From the NCBI RefSeq assembly GCF_006345805.1, contig NC_043025.1:62001-126000 (forward strand): a DNA stretch of 64,000 nt, given 5' to 3'. The notes beneath the pieces were generated by a model. It had not been told where the DNA came from. It did not search any database and was given only the letters and a program-made list of their open reading frames with translations. Origin of the DNA: Octopus sinensis (lineage: Eukaryota). Shown one piece after another: positions 29,799 through 44,400 of the stretch. Position 1 is the first letter of the stretch; the number at the start of each line of letters is the position of its first letter. Made by a program: the position numbers and the translations under genes.

Positions 29799-32700
29799 AG
29801 ATATATCATCATCATCATTATCATCATCGTTTAACATCCGTTTTCCGTGCTAGCACGGGTTGGACGAAAATATATATAAGTAATATTCGTAGGCACGCCA
29901 ACATGAGTATCTGTTCGGATGGACTCTACTGCGAATGTTTAACCCCAAGAGAACACCTCCTCTAGCTAATTAACAATGCAAAGGTGCATCCGATTAATTG
30001 CGAGCAGGGGATCGAACCCCTACCATCTTATAGCAACAGAACCAGCAGACCAGGTCTGGTTTCGGGCTATTCCTGCCACTCTTCAGTACTGGATACCTCA
30101 TCTGCTAATCTGTGGAGACAGGATGTATATAATAAAGTATGTGTATATAAAGAAACCTCTGTAGATATATTTGTTCAGAAGAATGCGTTCGATGTTAGAA
30201 GTGAAATATATTTCTGGAATATATGCAGTTCACTGTGTGTCAACCAAATTTCTATGATGTATCAGGGTCAAGACAAACATTTATCAATGTATGTATGCAT
30301 GTGTGTGTATGTATGTATGTGTGTGTGTGTGTGAGCATGCCATTTAACTACAAAAATATCTGTATGTATGTAATTGTTTAAAGAAGAGTTTCTGCTCTAC
30401 TCTTGGTAGTTACTGATGTATCTTATAATATTCTCTATTCCGAACATGTAAATAATATAATATTTATTATAAATGAATGTTATTGATTGATGTTTCTGTT
30501 TTGTCCACAGATGTTTGTTGTGCAGAAAAATAAAGAGGCCACAACAAAAGTTCATCCTGTGAACACCTTCTGACATGTGAAGAATGTTCAAACGTTCCAC
30601 TTAAACGATGCCTGAGGTGTTTGAAACTGTGTAACAAGCAGAGGTCGAGTTGGTAAGAATATTCTTTGCTGATCTGTCTGTTTGTCCTGCTTGTCCCATT
30701 GCCTTATTGTGTAGAATAATATACTTCATGTTGTTATGTAGACAGAGGTCTGCCATAATCTGGCAGATTTATGATAAAAGGTGTTCCTAGTGTCTGTTCT
30801 CTGTAATAGTATATCTCTCACACTACATCCACTAAACATTGATTTTATCCAAGTAGGAAACATGTCACACTTCAAGAGGGTTGTAGTCTGCAACATAAAA
30901 ATAATGGAGGATTCTGCAAGATACTTAGTGAGTAACTGAAGTATCAATAAATCTCCATCAACTCTATAATTAATTATGAGTTATTAGAAGATAATTAAAT
31001 ACAACAGTACTTACAAGGACATCAGTGTCATCTTGGTAAAGTATTAAAATTAGTAGAATATTTTAAAGGAGTAAAATTATATGTCACTAGTTTGAGAGAC
31101 TTTAACACACAATTCCATGTTGTTATGTTTGTAATTGGAGGATATTAAGGCTAATAGAGACAGTTTTGTTTGTCAAGCAACCAGATCATGAAACCTTCAA
31201 ATATATCCTGAATGAGGTGACATTCTGGTGAACTGTGAAGTTAAATTAGGGATTATCAGCAACAATGTTTAACAAAAAGATTAGGTGTATGTATTACCTT
31301 CTTGAAGTGGTTGTGACATGTGTTTGTTGTTATATCTTTGATGAATAAATATGTTGACACTGGAATTAAACAGGTTGTTAGTGAAGATCAGGGTTTTGAG
31401 AATACATTTAGGGTCATAGATATAAGCAAGGAAACCAAAACCTACAGATTAACTGTTATTATGTGATATAATTACAGCATTGTTAGATTATGTAGGATAT
31501 CTTAACAGAAAGAGGAAATTTACAAAGATCAACTAGAGTTCGTATTGGAGCTAAATATTGGCTATTACATGGGTCCACTGTTGAAAGTATAAAAATATTG
31601 ACCAAAAGCATTATGATCGCTGGTTGGCCATTGATGATATGAATGTCTCTCAATAATAAAATATAGATTATTAATAAATATGAAGAAATTGTGCTATAAA
31701 TAACTATAAAACTTGGAAACACATATTTCAGAGAGTCCAAAGTTTGAAGAGAAGGGAATGCAGACTGTGGCAGAGACAGTTGATGAGTTTAAAATTAGAG
31801 ATCTTAATTAATTTCTATAGATTTTACATTCACCTAAGCTATTTTGCTTATTAGAATGGTGGAGAACAGATCCCATTTCTAATTTCCATTTGAAAGTTTA
31901 GCTCTAAAGTAATTGTATTAAAAATATTACTGAAATTTCATAAAGTCATGTTTAACATGTTTGGTCAAATGGATAAATTAAAAGCCACAATAGAGTTAAT
32001 ATTGTCTTCTATGGAACTATAATTTATGTTTTTTAGGTGTAAACTCGTGAGTTAATAAAATAGTTGTTTGTTTTTCTACTAAGATTTTTCGTAAGTTTTC
32101 TGATAGGTTATTCTTGATGTTGTTATGTAGCCAGATGTCTGTCGTAATATTTTGTATTTTCTGGGGTTGTGTACCCTCAATGTCTCTGGTTAGAATACAT
32201 TTTGTAGTTGTAAATTAGAAAATTCTAATTAAATGTTAACTCTGTATAAGAATATTCATCATGAACTTAATTTTATTAAATGTTAAATTAAATATTGAAC
32301 CATGAACATCTGTTTATATTTAAACAAATTATTGGTGTTTATACAAAATATACAATCAGAAATTGAATTTGACTTGAATACACAAATCCTTCTTTGTAAC
32401 TATATATAATATACACTTATTACATGTTTTGAACAAAACACATTACATCCATATAGTCATTTTTTCTCACTCTTGTTAGATTTTAGATGATATTAATGCT
32501 AAAAGAGGCACGGTTTTCTGAGTGTTTCACCCTTTGGTCTTGATTGTTGCGTTCAAATTATTTAATGAAAGATAGTCATTGTTATTTGACCAGGAAATGA
32601 ATTAATCATTAGTATTTGGCAGTGGACTTGGTTATATCTTTCTTCGTTTGCTCATGGAACTACCATAATATTAGCTGTGCTGAGACACAATCATATTCAT

Positions 32701-35700
32701 AGTAATGAAGGTTATATGTTCTTTACTCAGATTATATACAATCTATATTGATATCTAGTATTGTACCGTCAAGCACAGTGCTATTGTATCACATATATAC
32801 CCGATTATCATGATAATTAATAAGCTATAATTCATTAACTCTCTTACATTTGTATGTATGAAATGTTAACATATTTTGTCATAGGAACATTGTGTACCTT
32901 CACATTACATTTTATATCTTGGTAGGGATCATGTTGGGGAAGGGTGTATGGAATTTGGCTTGTGGAGATGTTTTTTAGGGGACAGATTGTGTGCGGGTTG
33001 GAGGGTATGCATATAAAGGACATGTCTTTATGGGTGCAGTTTTACTTAATTAGAGAGGAACGTTGATTAGTGAATTCTAGATATGAGAGGACAGTGCCAT
33101 GCCATAGATTTGGCAGTTATAAGAAAAGAAAGACAATGCTAAGAGAAAACTGTCATCAAGTGTTAATTAAATGAGATAATTGCAACATTGTTAGAATATT
33201 TAATGTGTTTTTAGAGAAGAGAGAGAGAGAGAGAGAGAGAGGGAGAGGGTGGATTTAGAAATGTTAGTCTGTTTTATTGTGGACATATTGAGCTACTACA
33301 TGGGACCACTGTAGAAAGTACAGAAATATTGACCAAAACCATAGTGGTCAACATTTGACCATTAACGACAGGAATTGAATGTCTCACAATAAAAAGATAG
33401 AGTTTAATAAAAATAAAGATAAAGAAAGTTTCTTTTTAAATGTAAAACTTGGAAATATTTATTTCAGAGGCTCCAAAGTTTGAAGACAGGTGTGTACAAA
33501 CAGAGGCTATATGTCAGGAATTAGGGGCTGCATCTCAGGCAATTGGTGAGTATAAAATAATAGTTCCCAATTGATTTCTGTAAGGTTTTCTTCCCCCGAG
33601 TATATTGTGCTTGAAAGAATAACTGAAAACAGCTTCCATTCCTATTTTCCAATTGAACGATTATCTGTATAATAATTGAATTAAAGATATCGATTTACTG
33701 AGAGTTTATGAAACACCCATTGAGGTTAATGCTGTTGGTAATAATGTTCAAATTAGAAGACACAATAGAGTTAATTTTGTCATTTGGTCACAGAACTCAT
33801 CATCATCATCATTTAACATCCGTTTCTTATCGTGGCATGGGTCGGACGATTTCACTGGCAAGGCAGTAGGCTGCGCCAGGCTCCAATGTGATCTGGCAAG
33901 GTTTCCACATATGTATGCCATTCCTAATGCCAACCAATCCGAGAGTGTGGTGGGTGCCTTTTACGTGCCACCGACACAGGAGCCAGTCGGGCTGGGGGCT
34001 GGCATCGACCACATTCGGATGGTGCTTTTTACGTGCCACCGGCACAGGGAACTAGTCAGGCGGCAGTGACAAGGACCTATGCTTCTATGGTACTTATAAC
34101 GTGACACAGGAACAGGTGCCAGTCAGGCGGCACTGGCATCGGTCACAACTACAATTTCCATTTTGATTTCGATCTTGAATTGCTTTTGATTTGTCATTTC
34201 TGTTATTGCACGGTGGACTATGATGAAAACGAGGGGTTTAGGAATGATCCCTAGTGAACTCCTACTTCTATCCGGAATTCTTCACTATACTCATTGCCAA
34301 TCCTCACCTTACTACAGGGCCTCTTCAACTCTTATAATCGCTCGTCAATCCCTAGTTTCCGCATTAGCTGTAAAAAGGATTCTATTAAATATTCCACTGA
34401 AATTTCATAAAATCAAGGTTAACGTGGTTGGTAAAATGGTTAAATAAGAAGACATAATAGAGTTAATGATGTCTTTTAGGACAGAGAACTAAAACATTTT
34501 GTTGTTTATTTGTAAACAGGTGAGGTAACGAGAAAGTTTTTGTTTCTTTTGCTACTAAGGTCTTTCCAAAGTTTTCTCATAGGTTATTGTTGTTGTTATT
34601 GTTATGTAGCCAGATGTCTGTCAGGATATGTTGTTTAGGTACCTACCCTGAATGTCTCAGGTCAGAATAACTTTGTTATAAATTAAAGAAATTAAAAATC
34701 AAATCTCTAAGATTGTAAGTATAATGATCATTAACGTTGATTAAATATTAAATTTAGTATTGAACGGTGAACATCTGTTTGCATTTAAACAAAACATTGG
34801 TGTTGACATAAATTATAAAGATAGGAATAAATATGAGTTCCCTGTGTGACTTGATCTCACAAATCCTTGTTTGTAACTATATATAATATACACTTATTAC
34901 ATTGTTTGAACAACATTTACCATCCATATAGTCATTCTTTTTCTCACACTTGTTAGATTTTAGATGATATTAATGCTAAAAGAGGCACAGTTTTCTGAAT
35001 GTTTCACCCTTTAGACTTGATTGTTGCGTTCAAATTATTTAATGAATGATAGTCATTGTTATTTGACCAGGAAATGAATTAATCATTAGTATTTGGCAGT
35101 GGACTTGGTTATATCTTTCTTCGTTTGCTCATGGAATTACCATAATATTAGCTGTGCTGAGACACAATCATATTCATAGTAATGAAGGCTATATGTTCTT
35201 TACTCAGATTATATACAATCTATATTGATATCTAGTATTGCACCGTCAATCACAGTGCCATTGTATCACATATATACCCAATTATCATGATAATTAATAA
35301 GCTATAATTCATTAACTCTCTTACATTTGTATGTCTGAAATGTAAACTTATTTTGCCATAGGAACATCCTGTACCCTCACCTTGCATTTTATATCTTCTT
35401 AGGGATCATGTTGGGGAAGGGTGTATGGAATTTGGCTTGTGGAGATGCTTTTTAGGGGACAGATTGTGTGCGGGTTGGAGGGTATGCATATAAAGGACAT
35501 GTCTTTATGGGCGCAGTTTTACTTAATTAGAGAGGAATGTTGATTAGTGAATTCTAGAGATGAGAGGACTGTGCCATGCCATAGATTTGGCAGAGTTATA
35601 AGAAAAGAAAGACAAAGCTAAGAGAAAACTGTCATCAAGTGTTAATTAAATGAGATAATTGCAACATTGTTAGAATATTTAATGTGTTTTTAGAGAGAGA

Positions 35701-38700
35701 GAGAGAGAGGGGGGGAGACGGTGGATTTAGGAATGTTAGTCTGTTTTATTGTGGACATATTGGGCTATTACATGGGACCACTGTAGAAAGTACAGAAATA
35801 TTGACCAAAACCATAATGGTCAACATTTGACCTGTAAGGCCACCAATTGAATGACTCACTATAACAAGATAGAGTTTAATAAAAGTAAAGATACAGACAT
35901 TTTAATATCAAATGTAAAACTTGGAAATATTTATTTCAGGGGCTCCAAAGTCTGAAGACAGGTGTGTAAAAAAAGAGGCTACATGTCAGGAATTAGGGGC
36001 TGCATCTCAGGCAATTGGTGAGTATAAAATAATAGTTCCCAATTGATTTCTGTAAGGTTTTCTTCCCCCGAGTATATAGTGCTTGAAAGAATAACTGAAA
36101 ACAGCTTCCATTCCTATTTTCCAATTGAACAATTATCTGTATAATAATTGAATTAAAGATATCGATTTACTGTGAGTTTATGAAATACCCATTGAGGTTA
36201 ATGCTGTTGGTAATAATGTTCAAATTAGAAGACACAATAGAGTTAATTTTGTCATTTGGTCACAGAACTCATCATCATCATCATCATCATCATTTAACAT
36301 CCGTTTCTTATGGTGGCATGGGTCGGACGATTTCACTGGTAAGGCAGTAGGCTGCGTCAGGCTGCAATGTGATCTGGCAAGGTTTCCACATATGTATGCC
36401 ATTCCTAACGACAACCACTTCGAGAGTGTGGTGGGTGCCTTTTACGTGCCACCGACACAGGAGCCAGTTGAAGTTGGGGCTGGCATTGTCCACGTTCGGA
36501 AGGTACTTTTTATGTGCCAACGGCACAGGGAACCAGTCAGGCGGCACTGGCAACAAATAATGTTTGAATGGTACTTATTATGTGCCACCGGCACGGGTGC
36601 CAGCCAGGCGGCACTGGCATCGGCCATAATTACAATTTGCATTTTGATTTCGATCTTGATTTGATTTTGATTTGTGATTTCTGGTTTTTGGTTTTACTTG
36701 ACTCAGAAATTCTTCTCAAGCGCAACTTATCACTCTGTGATTCAAGGGTACTTTTAAAAGGGGCTGGTTATGCGCCACTGGTATAGGCTACAGCTGTGAT
36801 CTCACTTCACTTGCCGAGTCCTCTTAATCACATCATATTTACAGAGGTCTCTGTCTCTTGCCATTACCTCTGTGAGGCCCAACGTTCGAAGGTCGTTTCA
36901 CCACGTCATCCCCTGTCTTCCTGGGTCACCCCTTTGCACGGGTTCTTTCCACTGTGAGGGTGTAACACTTCTTTCCACAGCTCTCCTCATCCATACCATG
37001 ACCATACCAGTGCAGTTGTCTCTCTTGTACATCACATCTGATGCTTCTTATGTCTAACACTTCTCTCAGGCCTCTTCACTCTGCCTTGTGTACACACTGA
37101 CATCGTTGCGTTCAAATTATTTAATAGAATATAGTCATTGTTATTTGACCGGGAAATGAATTAATCATTAGTATTTGGCAGTGGACTTGGTTATATCTTT
37201 CTTCGTTTGCTCATGGAACTACCATAATATTAGCTGTGCTGAGACACAATCATATTCATAGTAATGAAGGTTATATGTTCTTTACTCAGATTATGTACAA
37301 TCTATATTGATATCTAGTATTGCACCGTCAAGCACAGTGCCATTGTATCAAATACACTTGCGTCGGAAATTAATTAGCACTTCTCAAATTTCTACATTTT
37401 CTTACATTTTCTTAATTTAATTAACTTATTATCAGAAACGAACTCGTTTTTAATCAAAAATTTATTAAAACATATCCCAGCACACCACATAATTGATATT
37501 AATCGTGAAATTTAGTCAATATCTTGTTGCTCCTCCTTTGGCAGCAATGACAGCTACTACGCGGGTCGGCATGCTGTCTATGAGTGCCTGCAGGTACTGT
37601 GCAGGGATGGCCCCCATGCAGCAAGAAGTGCCCCAAACAGCTCGTGTCGGTTCCTGTATTGCTGCACATTCAAATCCCTACCCAATCGACTCCAGAGGTT
37701 CTCAATAGGGTTCAGGTCAGGTGACTGGCTAGCACGTACTCCTCGCCACCAAAGAGGTATCCCGTACTATCTCAACGTACTTTGCTGCGTTGATGTTGCC
37801 TTCGACGGCATAGAGCCACCCAACACAACTGTAGCTGAACGCCCCTCACACCATCAGACCACCCCCACCATGCTTCATGGTGAGCAAATCAAGGGTGCTA
37901 ATTAATTTCTGACGGTAGTGTATATACCCAATTATCAAGATAAATAATTAGCTATAATTCATTAACTCTCTTACATTTGTATGTTTGAAATGTAAACTTA
38001 TTTTGTCATAGGAACATTGTGTACCCTCACCTTACATTTTATATCTTGTTAGGGATCATGTTGGGAAAGGGTGTATGGAATTGGCTTGTTGTGGAGATGT
38101 TTTTTAGGGGACAGATTGTGTGCGGTTGGAGGGTATGCATATAAAGGACATGTCTTTATGGGTGCAGTTTTACTTAATAGAGAGGAATGTTGATTAGTGA
38201 ATTCTAGATATGAGAGGACTGTGCCATGCCATAAATTTGGCACAGTTATAAGAAAAGAAAGACAATGCTAAGAGAAAACTGTCATCAAGTGTTAATTAAA
38301 TGAGATAATTGCAACATTGTTAGAATATTTAATGTGTTTTTAGAGAGAGGAGAGAGAGAGGGAGAGGGTGGATTAGAGAAATGTTAGTCTGTTTTATTGG
38401 ACATATTGAGTTATTACATGGGACCACTGTAGAAAGTACAGAAATATTGACCAAAACCATAATGGTCAACATTTGACCATTAACAACAGGAATTGAATGT
38501 CTCACAATAAAAAGATAGAGTTTAATAAAAATAAAGATAAAGAAATTTTATTATTAAATGTAAAACTTGGAAATATTTATTTCAGAGGCTCCAAAGTTTG
38601 AAGACAGGTGTGTACAAACAGAGGCTATATGTCAGGAATTAGGGGCTGCATCTCAGGCAATTGGTGAGTATAAAATAATAGTTCCCAATTGATTTCTGTA

Positions 38701-41368
38701 AGGTTTTCTTCCCCCGAGTATATTGTGCTTGAAAGAATAACTGAAAACAGCTTCCATTCCTATTTTCCAATTGAACGATTATCTGTATAATAATTGAATT
38801 AAAGATATCGATTTACTGTGAGTTTATGAAATACCCATTGAGGTTAATGCTGTTGGTAATAATGTTCAAATTAGAAGACACAATAGAATTAATTTTGTCA
38901 TTTGGTCATGGAACTCATCATCATCATCATCGTTTAACATCCGTCTTTATAATAGCATGGGTCGGACGATTTCACTGGCAAGGCAGTAGGCTGCGCCAGG
39001 CTTCAATGTGATCTGGCAAGGTTTCCACATATGTATCCCATTCCTAATGCCAACCACTCCAAGAGTGTGGTGGGTGCCTTTTACTTGCCACCGACACAGG
39101 AGCCAGTCGGGGTGGGGGCTGGCATCGACCACATTCGGATGGTGCTTTTTACGTGCCACTGGCACAGGGAACTAGTCAGGCGGCAGTGACAAGGACCTAT
39201 GCTTCTATGGTACTTATAACGTGCCACAGGAACAGGTGCCAGTCAGGCGGCACTGGCATCGGTCACAACTACAATTTCCATTTTGATTTCGATCTTGAAT
39301 TGCTTTTGATTTGTCATTTCTCTTATTGCCTGGTGGACTATGATGAAAACGAGGGTTTTAGGAATGATCCCTAGTGAACTCCTAATTCTATCCGGAATTC
39401 TTCACTATACTCATTGCCGATCCTCACCTTACTACAGGGCCTCTTCAACTCTTATAATCGCTCGTCAATCCCTAGTTTCCGCATTAGCTGTAAAAAGGAT
39501 TCTATTAAATATTCCACTGAAATTTCATAAAATCAAGGTTAACGTGGTTGGTAAAATGGATAAATAAGAAGACACAATAGAGTTAATGATGTCTTTTAGG
39601 ACAGAGAACTAAAACATTTTGTTGTTTATTTGTAAACAGGTGAGTTAACAAGAAATATTTTCTTTCTTTTACTACTAAGGTCTTTCCTAAGTTTTCTGAT
39701 AGGTTATTGTTGTTGTTGTTGTTGTTGTTATGTAGCCAGATGTCTGTCATGATATGTTGTTTAGGTACGTACCCTGAATGTCTCAGGTCAGAATAACTTT
39801 GTTATAAATTAAAGACATTAAAAATGAAAGCTCTAAGATTATAAGTATAATGATCATTAACGTTGATTAAATATTAAATTTAGTATTGAACGGTGAACAT
39901 GTTTACATTTAAACAAAATATTGGCGTTGACATAAAATACAAAGATAGGAATTAAATATGAGTTCCCTGTGTGACTTGATCTCACAAATCCTTGTTTGTA
40001 ACTATATATAATATACACTTATTACATTGTTTGAACAACATTTACCATCCATATAGTCATTCTTTTTCTCACACTTGTTAGATTTTAGATGATATTAATG
40101 CTAAAAGAGGCACAGTTTTCTGAGTGTTTCACCCTTTGGTCTTGATTGTTGCATTCAAATTATTTAATGGAAGTTAGTCATTGTTATTTGACCAGGAAAT
40201 GAATTAATCATTAGTATTTGGCAGTGGTTATCTTTCTTCTTTTGCTCATGGAACTACCATAATATTAGCTGTGCTGAGACACAATCATATTCATTGTAAT
40301 GAAGGTTATATGTTCTTTACTCAGATTATATACAATCTATATTGATATCTAGTATTGCACCGTCAAGCACAGTGCCATTTCATCACATATATACCCAGTT
40401 ATCATGATAATTAATAAGCCATAATTCATTAACTCTCTTACATTTGTATGTCTGAAATGTAAACATATTTTGTCATAGGAACATCGTGTACCCTCACCTT
40501 ACATTTTATATCTTGTTAGGGATCATGTTGGGGAAGGGTGTATGGAATTTGGCTTGTGGAGATGTTTTTTAGGGGACAGATTGTGTGCGGGTTGGAGGGT
40601 ATGCATATAAAGGACATGTCTTTATGGGCTCAGTTTTACTTAATTAGAGAGGAATGTTGATTAGTGAATTCTAGAGATGAGAGGACTGTGCCATGCCGTA
40701 GATTTGGCAGAGTTATAAGAAAAGAAAGACAAAGCTAAGAGAAAACTGTCATCAAGTGTTAATTAAATGAGATAATTGCAACATTGTTAGAATATTTAAT
40801 GTGTTTTTAGAGAGAGAGAGGGTGGATATAGAAATGTTAGTCTGTTTTATTGTGGACATATTGGGCTATTACATGGGACCACTGTAGAAAGTACAGAAAT
40901 ATTGACCAAAACCATAATGGTCAACATTTGACCATTAATGACAGGAATTGAATGTCTCACAATAAAAAGATAGAGTTTAATAAAAATAAAGATAAAGAAA
41001 TTTTATTATTAAATGTAAAACTTGGAAATATTTATTTCAGAGGCTCCAAAGTTTGAAGACAGGTGTGTACAAACAGAGGCTATATGTCAGGAATTAGGGG
41101 CTGCATCTCAGGCAATTGGTGAGTATAAAATAATAGTTCCCAATTGATTTCTGTAAGGTTACTTCCCCCGAGTATATTGTGCTTGAAAGAATAACTGAAA
41201 ACAGCTTCCATTCCTATTTTCCAATTGAACGATTATCTGTATAATAATTGAATTAAAGATATCGATTTACTGTGAGTTTATGAAATACCCATTGAGGTTA
41301 ATGCTGTTGGTAATAATGTTCAAGTTAGAAGACACAATAGAATTAATTTTGTCATTTGGTCATGGAAC

Positions 41369-41408
<40 letters not shown>

Positions 41409-44400
41409 TTAACATCCGTTTCTTATGGTGGCATGGGTCGGACGATTTCACTGGCAAGGCAGTAGGCTGCGCCAGGCTCCAATGTGATCTGGCAAGGTTT
41501 CCACATATGTATGCCATTCCTAATGCCAACCACTCCAAGAGTGTGGTGGGTGCCTTTTACTTGCCACCGACACAGGAGCCAGTCGGTGTGGGGGCTGGCA
41601 TCGACCACGTTCGGATGGTGCTTTTTACGTGCCACCGGCACAGGGAACTAGTCAGGCGGCAGTGACAAGGACCTATGCTTCTATGGTACTTATAACGTGA
41701 CACAGGAACAGGTGCCAGTCAGGCGGCACTGGCATCGGTCACAACTACAATTTCCATTTTGATTTCGATCTTGAATTGCTTTTGATTTGTCATTTCTCTT
41801 ATTGCCTGGTGGACTATGATGAAAACGAGGGGTTCAGGAATGATCCTAGTGAACTCCTACTTCTATCCGGAATTCTTCACTATACTCATTGCCGATCCTC
41901 ACCTTACTACAGGGCCTCTTCAACTCTTATAATCGCTCGTCAATCCCTAGTTTCCGCATTAGCTGTAAAAAGGATTCTATTAAATATTCCACTGAAATTT
42001 CATAAAATCAAGGTTAACGTGGTTGGTAAAATGGTTAAATAAGAAGACATAATAGAGTTAATGATGTCTTTTAGGACAGAGAACTAAAACATTTTCTTGT
42101 TTATTTGTAAACAGGTGAGTTAACGAGAAAGATTTTCTTTCATTTACTACTAAGGTCTTTCCTAAGTTTTCTGATAGGTTATTGTTGTTGTTGTTGTTAT
42201 GTAGCCAGATGTCTGTCATGATATGTTGTTTAGGTACCTACCCTGAATGTCTCAGGTCAGAATAACTTTGTTATAAATTAAAGACATTAAAAATAAAATC
42301 TCTAAGATTATAAGTATAATGATCATTAACGTTGATTAAATATTAAATTTAGTATTGAACGGTGAACATCTGTTTGCATTTAAACAAAATATTGGTGTTG
42401 ACATAAAATATAAAGATAGGAATTAAATATGAGTTCCCTGTGTGACTTGATCTCACAAATCCTTGTTTGTAACTATATATAATATACACTTATTACATTG
42501 TTTGAACAACATTTACCATCCATATAGTCATTCTTTTTCTCACTCTTGTTAGATTTTAGATGATATTAATGCTAAAAGAGGCACAGTTTTCTGAATGTTT
42601 CACCCTTTGGTCTTGATTGTTGCGTTCAAATTATTTAATGAAAGATAGTCATTGTTATTTGACCAGGAAATGAATTAATCATTAGTATTTGGCAGTGGAC
42701 TTGGTTATATCTTTCTTCGTTTGCTCATGGAACTACCATAATATTAGCTGTGCTGAGACACAATCATATTCATTGTAATGAAGGTTATATGTTCTTTACT
42801 CAGATTATATACAATCTATATTGATATCTAGTATTGCACCGTCAGGCACAGTGCCATTGTATCACATATATACCCAATTATCAAGATAATTAATAAGCTA
42901 TAATTCATTAACTCTCTTACATTTGTATGTATGAAATGTAAGCTTATTTTGTCATAGGAGCATCGTGTACCCTCACCTTACATTTTATATCTTGTTAGGG
43001 ATCATGTTGGGGAAGGGTGTATGGAATTTGTGGAGATGTTTCTTAGGGGACAGATTGTGTGCGGGGTGGATGGTATGCACATAAAGGACATGCCTTGATG
43101 GCCTCGATGTTACTTAGCCAGTTGGGTCTTTTCAAGCACAGAAAATTGCTGATTGTCTCAGTCGTTTTAGTTATCTTCCGTGTGAAGCTCAGCATCTGAA
43201 CATCATTTCTCACCACTTTGCCCCATGTCTTCCTCAGTCTTCCTCTTCCTCAGATTCTCTCCACATTTAGAGATCCGCATCTCTTTATGCTGATCACCTC
43301 ATCCATATGCATCACATAACCATACTATGAAAGATCTCTCTTTTGAACTCTACATCGGATGACTCTTATACCCAGATTTTCTCTTAAGACATTTCCACTG
43401 CGACTTACCTGAACACTGATGTTGTACATCCAGTGGAGCATGCTGGCTTCATTTGCCTCCGACCCTTTGCATGTCTTCTATCTTCACAACCTATCTTTCA
43501 TTATTGTGTTGTACATCTGTCCGTACACAAGTCTCATACAATCTGCTTTCCACTCTTAGGGAGAAGCCCTTCGTTACCTACAGAGTGGGGAGATTTGGGA
43601 CGGTTAATCTTGACTATTGGTTATAGGAATATTTCACAATTATAAAATATCGATGTTCATTAAATAAATTTTAATATAAAGTATAATCTTGGAAATATTT
43701 ATTTCAGCAAGGCCAATATTTGAAGACAAAGAGGTCCAGACAGTAGAAGGGCCACGTGGTGAGTATAGAATGACATTACATAATTGATTTCTATAAATTT
43801 TAGCTTTTACTGAGCTATTTTGGTCAATAGAATGACCGAGAACAGGTTCCAATGTTATATTTCATTCGAATGCTTAGCTATAAAGAAATTCTGTTCTTCT
43901 ACAACAACACGAATATCCAATAAATGTACTTTATGCAAACATCAGTTACTCATTCACTCGCAGAAAGAAAGATACAAAAATTAAATATAAACCCTGAAAC
44001 GGTTCTCTCCCGTTAAGGAGAATATTCGCCCTGTTTGTCATCTCATTGTACTCATTCATTCTCTCTCTCTCACTCATGCTCTTTCTCTCCGTCTTTTCAA
44101 GAAAGTTGCTGGTTAAAAGTTTCAATACAATAAATGATATCATCTTCATCTTTTCTCATCTGCTCTCCATGCTCCCATACACTAGGTGGGTCATCACTGT
44201 CCAAGTCAGTTGTATCTGAAATTACTGTCAACCGTCATTTGTTGAGGAAAACATTGCAGCTTTTCTAAGGTGGTAGACCCTTTCTAACCCCAACCACTTT
44301 ATAAAGGGTCGTGGGTATATTTTATTGTCGCACAAGCATTAGAAATGATCATCAATTTCCCAACAATATCAAACGTTCCTTTCAAACTTGTGGTGTCATC

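Larger units (their letters stand above)
32380..43090 (+). repeat. Near-identical tandem duplication, period about 2.5 kb, each unit carrying one 78-nt exon
   Basis: Exon starts 33468, 35940, 38586, 41041 (spacings 2472, 2646, 2455) with shared intron sequence; older diverged units extend to about 31400 and 48500. Confidence 0.95.
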
